DNA of 64,000 nucleotides from a virus (Duplodnaviria; Caudoviricetes): IMG/VR virus record IMGVR_UViG_3300028048_000056, positions 64,001 to 128,000 of that record; one strand, 5' to 3'. Shown piece by piece: positions 50,542 to 59,315 of this stretch (position 1 is its first letter; each line of letters starts with the position of its first letter). The notes under the pieces were generated by a model. It saw only the letters and a program-made list of their open reading frames with translations, ran no database searches and was not told where the DNA came from. The position numbers and the translations under genes were made by a program.

Positions 50542-52170
50542 TCAAACCATGTTCAAAACTCTATTGACAATGGCTTGCTGAACTTTCTTGCTAGACTCAG
50601 TAATGGTCTCAGACAACTCATACTTACCGTCGACGATTTCTTCATTGACTACGTCATAGGTACCTCTGGTGACGAGTCTGATGACATTCACCGGGTTAAA
50701 CTGACCGATACGATGACATCTATCCTGTGCCTGTTCTTCATCAGCTGCTGTCCAAGGAAGCTCATACTCTACAATGGTTGAGCTAGCAGTTAGGTTGATA
50801 CCGGTACCCATTGTCTGATAGTTACCCAGAATAATGTTACATTCTGGTATGGTCTGAAATGCGTTTTCGTTAGCGTCTCTGATTTCATTAGATATTGCGC
50901 CGTAGATTAAAGCCGGATTGTACCCGTGCTTACGCAGTGCCCAGTTTAGATATTCAATCGTGAATACATGATAACAGAATATTACAATCTTCTGACCTGA
51001 GGCGATTACTTCCTCGACAATATCGAGCAGAGATTCTAGTTTAGCACAAGCCTCCGGCGGGAAGGATTCCATAACTCTAGGCGGGCAACCGGTAGCCTTC
51101 TTCAAGCCTACAAGCTGACCCATAGGACTTGCTGCTGCCATAATCTCAGCAGAGCGTTCTCTCAAGTCTTTCTGGATTTCTTTATACAACTTTTTCTGCT
51201 CAGGCAGGAGGTCTACATAGTAGGTCTGAATAGTCTTCTCCGGAAGGTCCAGACATTCTTTCTTGGTGCGTCTGAGTGTCCAGCAATGGAAGTCGAATGC
51301 CAGGTCATCCAGATTTTTGTAGCCCATTACTTCTCGGCCCTCAAATCCACCTTTGATGCAATACTTCGCTTCAAAATAGGTCTTAGGTGGTACCGTACGA
51401 TTCAACCACTTCATCATGGCGTACAGGTCAAGCGGTGAGTTGACAATGGGTGTACCTGTCAAACCGAGTTTGTAGTGTGTGTCAAGCTCCAAGAGTCCTT
51501 CTGTCTGCTTTGCTTTGGGATTCTTGCATTTGTGTACCTCGTCGACTACTACCATTCCGATTATGCCGTCCTGAACTTGCTGCTTGAGAGCTTCTACGAT
51601 AGCAGCATTTCTTAGCGACTCGATATTGGTAATGATGACCTGAGCTGCCATCTTCTTAAGACGATTCACGTCGTCGACTTTATCCTTGCCAGAACCAATC
51701 TTAGTCTGCAGTCCGGACTTACCTACTGGTCTTGTTCCTAGAATATAACCAACCAAGTCAGTATGCTTCTTGACCTCATTCTGCCAGTTATACTGAAGAC
51801 CTGATACACCTACTATTATAAGAGCCTTACGAATTTGACCTGCGAGAATTCTATTCGCAATTAAGTCAAGAGACTGCTTGGTCTTACCGAGTCCAGGCTG
51901 GTCAAGCAGCAACATCTGAGCATGACTCTCAGAGAACTTGAGAAACGCTTTCTGGTGCTCATAAGGCTCCGTCTTCCAGGTTGTAAAGTTCACCTTATCG
52001 GCATCAGGTTCAATCACTTCCTCGGGAATAGGCGTAAGTGTTACCTCCGATTGATTTTCGTAACGTGGGACCCACGCATGCTTCGGTCTTCCTTTGTATC
52101 GGTATAATTCATACTCCCTGGTGGTTTTGTCGATTACTTCTACTGGCTCACCTTTATAATCAAAGAACAT
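50542..52170 (-). CDS. SNF2-family (SF2) helicase
   Basis: DQPGLGKT, VVDEVH, LTGTP, GTGINLT, QAQDRCHRIGQ. Confidence 0.9.
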   Translation of the reverse strand: MFFDYKGEPVEVIDKTTREYELYRYKGRPKHAWVPRYENQSEVTLTPIPEEVIEPDADKVNFTTWKTEPYEHQKAFLKFSESHAQMLLLDQPGLGKTKQSLDLIANRILAGQIRKALIIVGVSGLQYNWQNEVKKHTDLVGYILGTRPVGKSGLQTKIGSGKDKVDDVNRLKKMAAQVIITNIESLRNAAIVEALKQQVQDGIIGMVVVDEVHKCKNPKAKQTEGLLELDTHYKLGLTGTPIVNSPLDLYAMMKWLNRTVPPKTYFEAKYCIKGGFEGREVMGYKNLDDLAFDFHCWTLRRTKKECLDLPEKTIQTYYVDLLPEQKKLYKEIQKDLRERSAEIMAAASPMGQLVGLKKATGCPPRVMESFPPEACAKLESLLDIVEEVIASGQKIVIFCYHVFTIEYLNWALRKHGYNPALIYGAISNEIRDANENAFQTIPECNIILGNYQTMGTGINLTASSTIVEYELPWTAADEEQAQDRCHRIGQFNPVNVIRLVTRGTYDVVNEEIVDGKYELSETITESSKKVQQAIVNRVLNMV

Positions 52171-52217
52171 CGAAATCCTCCTTAACAATGGTTGTGATAT
52201 TATTTTATTGTAATCAT

Positions 52218-52249
52218 ATTATAACATATATATTGCGTGAATTCGAATT
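52218..52249 (-). promoter_or_regulatory. AATTCG-N20-TATAAT promoter (leftward)
   Basis: Motif family member at the divergence point. Confidence 0.7.
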
Positions 52250-52718
52250 AACGTAACTTCGTATACTTTGTTGATTTTATTCAGTATTTCTATAATGCTT
52301 TTTGTATATAATTTTTAATTCTATGGATTTTACATACCTCACAATATATTATATGTTCGTCTACCACTCCCTATAATATATCGCGCCGACAAGTCGGACG
52401 TACACCGCTTTCGCTTGTTATCACAAGCTCCGCTACAAAGGTCTTTCGCTTTTAGCAAAAAACCTTGACAGCGGCAAAACCGCAGCCAAACCAAGAACAA
52501 ACCAAAAATAAACAAAAACAAAAGAAAATCAGAAAACATAAATCTCAAGCAAACAAAGTTCCAAATTAGAATGTTTCAAAAGTGGGCGCGTCAGCGCCCG
52601 AAGCTTATTAAAGCACGCCCGCCTTTAGTCTGCTAAAGCAACATATAAGAAACACCGCAGATAAGGTTGTTGTTATTATAAATAGTATATACACCGCAGG
52701 TATGGTTTCTTTTATGTA
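52250..52718. other. Long non-coding divergence region; candidate origin/control region
   Basis: AT-rich block, A/C-skewed tract 52477-52560, short hairpins, direct repeat ACACCGCAG. Confidence 0.4.
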
Positions 52719-52828
52719 AATTCGACGTTATAAGTTTCTTTGTATTATAATTATGATACTACAAAATGCGTGTAGCATCGGTATATGACGTCACAAGTTC
52801 GATGTTGTGTCGGTCCTTATGTTATACT
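52719..52828 (+). promoter_or_regulatory. Tandem rightward promoters (AATTCG-N21-TATAAT; AGTTCG-N21-TATACT)
   Basis: Two motif family members, 52719-52751 and 52796-52828. Confidence 0.7.
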
Positions 52829-52927
52829 TGTGATACTGTAGAAAGTATGTCACATGATTTCCCGTGTTATACTTTATATGTGAGTTTAACGTGTTCGTCA
52901 CACGTCGTCAGAAAGAGGGTCTACATT

Positions 52928-54511
52928 ATGTGTCAGAGGGTTTTACCTAGAACTTCTTTCGAAGAGCGTCTTCCAGAGGGTTGGTTTTTGTCACGTCTCT
53001 ATAAAGGAAACCGCATATTATATTATAATGATGTGAGGGTAGCAAGTCTCGCTGACAGTTTTGATATTGAAGCTGAAGTGACTGAGATAATCAACAATCC
53101 ACCAGAAGTCGTTCAAGCTGTATTATACCAAGATGGTAAAGTATCAGCAACCGAGTTAAGTTCTAATGTTCAAAAGAAGTTAGTTAAGAAGGGTCTTATC
53201 CCTTACGAATTTGCTCTCAACTGCCTCCACAGCATAGAGAGCTGGTTATATAAGATAGTTCCTGCTAGGGCAGAGTATAACGGTAAATTCTATGTTAATA
53301 GACGTAATCGTTGGTATGATGAAGCAGGCAATTGTATCAACACGACATTCCTGTTCTTGTCTACATGGGATGCCAGAGTGCGATATGCACAAGGAAAATG
53401 CACATTGGCTGATGTAGCCAGATACAGCTGGTCAGCTGTTCTAGAGTGTCTAGGTGATGACCACCAAAGGTTTATAAATCAGGTACTTAAACCTAAGATG
53501 GAATTAAACCGTAAGGGCTGGGTCCTCGACGCGAAAGCAACTAAAGCTAAGAAGCTGAAGCAAAATGAGCCATGGGAGCATACTGAATTTGATTGTGCAG
53601 AGGAAATTGAAGAAGAGTACAGAGAAGATGTGAATTCTTGTTTATATCGGTATTTCTTTAGCTCGCAGAGCAATCATGTTCAGATGTTTACCGAGGAGTG
53701 TAACCTACCAGCGTTCAAGGACATAAAAGCTCAGACAGAGGCTTATGAGAAGGATGTTCTTGCACAACTCAAGAGCATCGAGCCTCAGCTCTGTAGGTTT
53801 AAGTGGAATGCTCTATTAAAATCGCATGAACCGGTATTTGCACCTCAGATGATGTCTGCTGAAAAATGGGACGATTTCTGTGATTTGGTTCACCAGGTAG
53901 TTATCGGACAGATGAGCGGACATGAAGCTGCGTTGCACCTTGTTCACGGTGATTGGTCAAAAATCAAACGAGAAAGCAATCGGTACGAAAAGCACATGAC
54001 ACAGCACGTACCGTTTTATAGTGAACGCTGGCAGAAATTGGATGCTACAAAAACCTCATTTATAGAAGCAGTTGACTACGTTCAGTCGAATATTCGTGAC
54101 CTTATTACTATGGGTTACAGAGATGTCAGTAAGATAATCGTGTCATTTACATATGATGATTGCCGCTTCGCATTAAATGTAGTGACGGGTGAGGTTAGGT
54201 ACATCGGCTACTCTAATGGAAAGTTCATGTCAGATACGTGGCTTAAACTTAAACCAGAGGAGAGAAGAAAATTACTCCATGATGATGCAGAATGGGAATA
54301 TCAAGAGAAAGCGATTAAGAAGTATCGACGACTATTCTCATATCTGTATAATGTAGTCCACAAGCATTGGGACAGGGCGTGCTACTTTGTACAGGACAGG
54401 TTGCTCGCTAAACGCAAGTATCTACGTCCTTCTTCTGGATTCCTTGATAGGATGAAAGAGAAGGCAGATAAATATATCAAATCTTTAGAAAGAAGGGTTG
54501 CAATTTGCTGA
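52928..54511 (+). CDS. Hypothetical protein (~527 aa)
   Basis: RBS AAAGAGGG before ATG 52928; KKLVKKGLIP segment resembles the repeats of 23880..25787. Confidence 0.65.
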   Translation: MCQRVLPRTSFEERLPEGWFLSRLYKGNRILYYNDVRVASLADSFDIEAEVTEIINNPPEVVQAVLYQDGKVSATELSSNVQKKLVKKGLIPYEFALNCLHSIESWLYKIVPARAEYNGKFYVNRRNRWYDEAGNCINTTFLFLSTWDARVRYAQGKCTLADVARYSWSAVLECLGDDHQRFINQVLKPKMELNRKGWVLDAKATKAKKLKQNEPWEHTEFDCAEEIEEEYREDVNSCLYRYFFSSQSNHVQMFTEECNLPAFKDIKAQTEAYEKDVLAQLKSIEPQLCRFKWNALLKSHEPVFAPQMMSAEKWDDFCDLVHQVVIGQMSGHEAALHLVHGDWSKIKRESNRYEKHMTQHVPFYSERWQKLDATKTSFIEAVDYVQSNIRDLITMGYRDVSKIIVSFTYDDCRFALNVVTGEVRYIGYSNGKFMSDTWLKLKPEERRKLLHDDAEWEYQEKAIKKYRRLFSYLYNVVHKHWDRACYFVQDRLLAKRKYLRPSSGFLDRMKEKADKYIKSLERRVAIC

Positions 54512-55506
54512 ATACACAGCTTTACTTTGCTGGTAGTGCACCGCAGGAAGTCGACGAGTTTCTCGTCAAGAAGGGTTACAACCGACTCTTCTCGCAGCTG
54601 AATGACCGTTCACGTATTAAGCGTTGGATGGGTTACAAAGATGAACACCCTGACATGAAGCTGTTCGTTGACTCTGGTGCGTTCTCAGCATACACCAAGG
54701 GAAAAGAAATCGACCTCGATGACTATATCGCTTACCTGAATGCGAACGGTAGCTACTTCAATGTCATGGTTCAGGTAGACTACATTCCTGGTAAGTCAAA
54801 TGTCGTTCAAGACAGGCAGGTTTATCTCGATGCGCCTAGAATATCTTGGGAGAACTTCCTTCATATGAGAGAGCGCCTGGATAAAAGTCTGTGGGATAGA
54901 TTTATTCCGGTTTTCCATGAAGGTGAGGATTTCAAGTGGCTTGAGAATATGCTGAACTATCGAGATGCTGATGGTAATCCGCTTGCCTATATTGGTATTT
55001 CACCTCATACAGAAACAACTACAGACAGACGTCTTGTATTCTGTAAGGAAGTGTTCCGTCGTATCAAGCGACTCAATCCACAGGTTAAGACGCACGGATT
55101 CGGTATGACTGCACTGAACATTCTGCAGTATATCGATTTTACATCGGTTGACTCTACGACATGGCTGAAAGGTGCAATCTATGGCACAATTCTCGTTCAC
55201 CGACACAACAAACTTGCCGCCATGAACGTAGGTGAAAGAACTACAGGTGCTTCCGACCACTTCTGCTGGCTGGGTGCTGATGCCAAGGATGAGGTTTGCC
55301 GACTAATCGAGGACGCAGGATTCTCTACTGAGAAACTCCGAAAGATTGACCCGACTCGAGAGAATGACATTCCTGACGATGGCGAACCAGATATCACCAA
55401 CAGCATTGCTATGCGTCAGATGTTCAATGCTGCCAGCATGATTCGTTATCTCGAGACTACAGATTTCCTGGGCTTACCTAAGTCGGCTCGTCGAATTGGT
55501 CTCTGA
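54505..55506 (+). CDS. dpdA: TGT/DpdA-family DNA 7-deazaguanine transglycosylase-like protein
   Basis: LFVDSGAFS, QVDYIPG, IPVFH, THGFG, SVDSTTW are the TGT-fold motifs seen in phage DpdA. Confidence 0.75.
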   Translation: MLNTQLYFAGSAPQEVDEFLVKKGYNRLFSQLNDRSRIKRWMGYKDEHPDMKLFVDSGAFSAYTKGKEIDLDDYIAYLNANGSYFNVMVQVDYIPGKSNVVQDRQVYLDAPRISWENFLHMRERLDKSLWDRFIPVFHEGEDFKWLENMLNYRDADGNPLAYIGISPHTETTTDRRLVFCKEVFRRIKRLNPQVKTHGFGMTALNILQYIDFTSVDSTTWLKGAIYGTILVHRHNKLAAMNVGERTTGASDHFCWLGADAKDEVCRLIEDAGFSTEKLRKIDPTRENDIPDDGEPDITNSIAMRQMFNAASMIRYLETTDFLGLPKSARRIGL

Positions 55507-55521
55507 TGCGTCTATAGCACA

Positions 55522-55554
55522 ACTTCGTTTTTCACGAAGTTGTTGTGTTATAAT
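55522..55554 (+). promoter_or_regulatory. ACTTCG-N21-TATAAT promoter for ssb
   Basis: Motif family member. Confidence 0.75.
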
Positions 55555-55719
55555 AGAGATACAATGTTAGTCACGCACGTTACCGCGGACCGTGTAGTGG
55601 AGTACATTGGGTCTTGCTTACCATTGTAAATCAAAGACAAAAGTAAGAAAACCAAAAACCAAAAACCGAGTGTAAAAACCAAGAAACCAAAGATTTTGAA
55701 ATCAGAAAGGAAGATTTTT

Positions 55720-56595
55720 ATGGCACGCTATACAGCGGAAGAGTCCAAGTCCATGGAGTACCAGGGCGCCGAGACTTTCAGAATTGAAAAGGATGGCGGC
55801 AAAGCTCAGGTCGTATTCCTCTACACAGATGAAAAGAGCGTTGACGGCTGGTCTTGTCACAGACTGCCTGGTGCGAACTATTACACCTACACTGTTGACT
55901 GTCCGAGAGGCCCGAAGGACGAGGTTGATATATGTCCAGCATGCAAGGCTGGTGAGCCTCTGTCTACTCGTGTGTTCGTCCTCATGCTTGATGTCACATC
56001 AGGTAAGGTTATGATTTGGGATAAACCTGCATCATATCGAAAGGAAATCACAAGCCTTATGAGCTACTACAAACCTCTCTATAAGCAGAAGTTTGAAATT
56101 ACTCGTGAGGGTACGGGTCTCAATACCAAGTATCGCACAATGCCTATCGGTGATAGCGGTCTTACAGAAGAGCAGTACAAGGAGTTCCTTGATAAGGCGA
56201 ACGAGGTATGCAACGACTATGTTCGTCCTATCGATAAGTACGATGAAATCAAGGCACGCTCACTGGCAGCTCAAGCAGAGCAGGTTCAGGTTGACGCTCA
56301 GCAGGGACAGCAGCCTCCTCAGCAGAATGCTTGGGGTCAGAATACGCCTCCTCAGGGTCAGGCTGGTTGGGGTGCTCCAGCTCCTCAGCAGCAGTGGGGT
56401 GCTCAGAATCAGGCTCCTCAGCAGTGGAATCAGCCTCCTCAGGGTATGCCACAGAATCAGCCTCCTCAGGGTATGCCGCAGCAGGCAGCTCCTCAGAATC
56501 AGCCAGGTGGCTGGGCTCCTCAGGGTCAGGCTCCCCAGCAGAATGGCTGGAGTTCAACTCCGAACGGTGCTTGGCAGAATAACCCGCAGAACTAA
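55720..56595 (+). CDS. ssb: Single-stranded DNA-binding protein (gp32-like) with Q/P/G/W low-complexity tail
   Basis: H..C...CPAC zinc motif, KVMIWD, KFEITREGTGLNTKY; C-terminal QPPQGMPQ repeats. Confidence 0.7.
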   Translation: MARYTAEESKSMEYQGAETFRIEKDGGKAQVVFLYTDEKSVDGWSCHRLPGANYYTYTVDCPRGPKDEVDICPACKAGEPLSTRVFVLMLDVTSGKVMIWDKPASYRKEITSLMSYYKPLYKQKFEITREGTGLNTKYRTMPIGDSGLTEEQYKEFLDKANEVCNDYVRPIDKYDEIKARSLAAQAEQVQVDAQQGQQPPQQNAWGQNTPPQGQAGWGAPAPQQQWGAQNQAPQQWNQPPQGMPQNQPPQGMPQQAAPQNQPGGWAPQGQAPQQNGWSSTPNGAWQNNPQN

Positions 56596-56615
56596 TCAAT
56601 AAAGGAGTAAGATAG

Positions 56616-57665
56616 ATGATTTGTAAGAAGACTAACCTGGATACAGCTCTCGCAGCTGTATCCGAAGGTTTAACACCTAACTCATACGTTATCCTCGCAC
56701 AGACTGTTACCTTGCACGTTGCAGACGGTAACCTGTATCTTATCACTGAACCTGATGACGGTGAGGTTTGGTACAGTGCGAAGGTGGGTGCAACTACTGA
56801 AGCGTTTCCAACAGTTTCTGTCGACGGTGCAAAGTTCAGCAAGGCAATCTCCTACTGCGGAGAGTCTGTCGAGCTCACCGCTACTGAAGACACACTTATT
56901 ATCAAGAACGAAAAGGGTACTCTGAAGCTCCCAATCCTCGTCGATGATGCAGGTCAGCCGGCAGTTCATGAGTTCTTCACTCACACCGGCAATCAGCTTA
57001 AGGTTGACCACCTCAACCAGATTAAGATGCTCACTGGTACACTTTCTAAGACAATGGACAGCATCGCAGAGCGTTGTATCTATACCGATGCAGACTGTTC
57101 ATTTGCTACAGATGATATCAACATCAGCAAGGGTGACTCACTTATCAACGAGCCGATTCTTCTGTCAGCTCGTATGATTAGCTACTGCACAAAGCACTCT
57201 GATGTTCAGATTTATGATGCTGGTGCAGAGTTCTTCTGGTTCATATCTGAGGAGTCTGGCTCATCTGCAAGATTCTCAAAGGTATTCCAGGATTTCATTC
57301 CTCAGTTCCCTCTTGAGAACCTTAAGCAGGAGTTTGCCAATGAGGTAAAGAATTCAGTAACTGTCGATATGGCATCTTTCCTCAACTCTATGCAGTTCCT
57401 TGCTATCGTGGCGGACTCAGCTAACGATTATAGCGTTACGGTTTGTCAGGAGACTCCTGACGAGCTCATTCTCAAGTGTGCAGACAGCATACAGAAGGTT
57501 CCTTGCAAGTCCATCAAGGGTGAAGGACCTTGGTCTATCGAGGTTGACTGTCTGAGTGCTAATGCACGTTTTGCACCTTATGACGGCATGGTTCAGCTCG
57601 ATGTGTATGAGAGTCAGCTTGCCTGTGTAGGACCTGTGACTACTTCTATCGGTCTTATCTCCTAA
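56616..57665 (+). CDS. Putative DNA sliding clamp (DnaN/beta-like)
   Basis: 349 aa acidic, repeated beta-alpha-beta-beta-beta pattern (VSVDGAKFSKAI; VTVDMASFLNSM; FATDD); adjacent to clamp-loader genes. Confidence 0.6.
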   Translation: MICKKTNLDTALAAVSEGLTPNSYVILAQTVTLHVADGNLYLITEPDDGEVWYSAKVGATTEAFPTVSVDGAKFSKAISYCGESVELTATEDTLIIKNEKGTLKLPILVDDAGQPAVHEFFTHTGNQLKVDHLNQIKMLTGTLSKTMDSIAERCIYTDADCSFATDDINISKGDSLINEPILLSARMISYCTKHSDVQIYDAGAEFFWFISEESGSSARFSKVFQDFIPQFPLENLKQEFANEVKNSVTVDMASFLNSMQFLAIVADSANDYSVTVCQETPDELILKCADSIQKVPCKSIKGEGPWSIEVDCLSANARFAPYDGMVQLDVYESQLACVGPVTTSIGLIS

Positions 57666-58141
57666 TGGCAGATAATCTCGGTAAGGTCTGGGAAGACATC
57701 GTCGAGGAGTGGTTGCTTCAGAACAAAATCTGCTACGACCGCATCCCCGACCAGATGTCGGGTAGAAAAGGTTCTAAGAATGTGTGCGATTATGACGCAT
57801 ACATATACCCGCACATTTATTACATAGAATGTAAAGAGTGTGCTTCCCCTAGATTCAATATGCTCCAGAACATTGATGAATATCAATGGATACACATGCT
57901 GGAGAAGGACTTGATTCCGGGAGTAAGGGCTGGGTATGTAATCTGGATGTCAGGAGAGCAGAGAGCTTTCTGGGTATCACCACTCACATTGGACTTGTAT
58001 TACTCCGCGGGTAAGAAGTCAATCACGGTGGATGATCTGGAAGTAAGCGGTGTGGAACTAAAACTCTACATGAAGCGAACTTGCTGGCATTTAGAAACGT
58101 GCTTAGATGTAGTTGAAGAATATTTGGCACAGGTGAACTGA
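57665..58141 (+). CDS. recU: RecU-like Holliday junction resolvase
   Basis: GKVWE, RIPD, CDYD, YIECKE, IDEYQ. Confidence 0.75.
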   Translation: MADNLGKVWEDIVEEWLLQNKICYDRIPDQMSGRKGSKNVCDYDAYIYPHIYYIECKECASPRFNMLQNIDEYQWIHMLEKDLIPGVRAGYVIWMSGEQRAFWVSPLTLDLYYSAGKKSITVDDLEVSGVELKLYMKRTCWHLETCLDVVEEYLAQVN

Positions 58142-58169
58142 ACACATCGGTTCACCTGTGTTTTATTTT
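58128..58169 (+). terminator. Intrinsic terminator
   Basis: CACAGGTGAAC...GTTCACCTGTG then TTTTATTTT. Confidence 0.8.
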
Positions 58170-58179
58170 CGCCCGCACT

Positions 58180-58237
58180 GCTTAATTGCTACAATCATAA
58201 TACATACAATGGTTATGCGTAATCACTGCATTTAAGC
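58180..58237. repeat. 58-bp inverted-repeat element, copy 5
   Basis: GCTTAATTGC-N38-GCATTTAAGC. Confidence 0.85.
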
Positions 58238-58247
58238 AAATCACGTT

Positions 58248-58280
58248 ACTTCGGTTACAAAGTTCAAAATCGTGTATAAT
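58248..58280 (+). promoter_or_regulatory. ACTTCG-N21-TATAAT promoter
   Basis: Motif family member. Confidence 0.75.
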
Positions 58281-58313
58281 ATGTATATATAATAAACACC
58301 AAGGAGGTAAGAT

Positions 58314-59315
58314 ATGCGAAATCTTGCTGCAATATATCGACCTACTCGACTAGATGATGTAGTCGGTCAGGATTCTGTGAAGAAGGTACTGCGTGCTCAG
58401 CTCGACAATAAACCCAAAGCTGCTCAGCTTTTCGTAGGCAGTGCAGGAACTGGTAAGACGACTTGTGCTCGTATATTTGCTCATGAGTTAAATGGTCAAT
58501 CTAACATCTACGAAATCAATGCAGCTGATAATACAGGTGTTGAAGGTGTGCGTAAGATTATTTCTGACGCTCGTCACAAACCTATCGGCACAAAGTATAA
58601 GATATTCATTCTTGACGAGTGTCACATGCTGACAGTTCAGGCGTGGAACGCTCTGTTGAAACTGGTTGAGGAACCACCGGATTCTGTTGTTCTGTTGTTC
58701 TGTACCACCGACCCTAGAAAAATCCCGAACACGATAACATCACGAACACTCCGGCTTGATTTTTCTCGTATCGACATAGATGCGGTCACTGACCGACTTC
58801 TCTGGATTCTAGAGCAGGAGCATATAACCGGTGTTCAGCGTGAACCCTTGAGGTATATCGCGCAGCTCGCAAATGGTGGTATGCGTGATGCCATCACCAT
58901 GATGGATAAGGTTCTGGGTTATGGTGTAGATATCAATTTCGACGTTATCAACACCGCTCTGGGACTTGTAGGCTTCGATGTGCCTATGAACATTCTTAAG
59001 GCACTCTATGACCATGACTTCAAAGGACTGGTAGATGTCCTCGATGATATCAACAGAAGAGGTGTCGATTTCAAAGCGTGGGTACAGGACTTCCGTCGTT
59101 TCGTTCTTCAGGCAGTTGAGCTTCAGCTTGGTGTGAAACCTGAGGATGTAGCTTTGCCTAAAGACATCAGCAGTAACCTGGCTACACTTCCTCAGGATGG
59201 ACGTCTGTTCCAGACTCTGTGCTCCTTAGACGATTTGGTTCAGCTTATCATTATGGAGCCTGACCCCTACACGCTGGTTAAGGTACATTTCCTCCGAATT
59301 GCAGGTGATTTCTAA
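58314..59315 (+). CDS. dnaX: Clamp loader gamma/tau subunit
   Basis: YRPTRLDDVVGQ, GSAGTGKTT, EINAA, ILDECHML, NALLKLVEEPP, GGMRDA. Confidence 0.9.
   Translation: MRNLAAIYRPTRLDDVVGQDSVKKVLRAQLDNKPKAAQLFVGSAGTGKTTCARIFAHELNGQSNIYEINAADNTGVEGVRKIISDARHKPIGTKYKIFILDECHMLTVQAWNALLKLVEEPPDSVVLLFCTTDPRKIPNTITSRTLRLDFSRIDIDAVTDRLLWILEQEHITGVQREPLRYIAQLANGGMRDAITMMDKVLGYGVDINFDVINTALGLVGFDVPMNILKALYDHDFKGLVDVLDDINRRGVDFKAWVQDFRRFVLQAVELQLGVKPEDVALPKDISSNLATLPQDGRLFQTLCSLDDLVQLIIMEPDPYTLVKVHFLRIAGDF

Noticed and set aside
52339-52548. 69-aa hydrophobic ORF as a holin
   Set aside because: Hydrophobicity derives from the A/C-skewed tract; no RBS.
56093-56842. Overlapping ORFs 56093..56602, 56249..56842 and 56331..56582
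   Set aside because: Shadow frames produced by the low-complexity SSB tail.
4229-58237. 58-bp elements as a CRISPR array or mini-array
   Set aside because: Arms are inverted, not direct; copies are kilobases apart; no cas genes seen.
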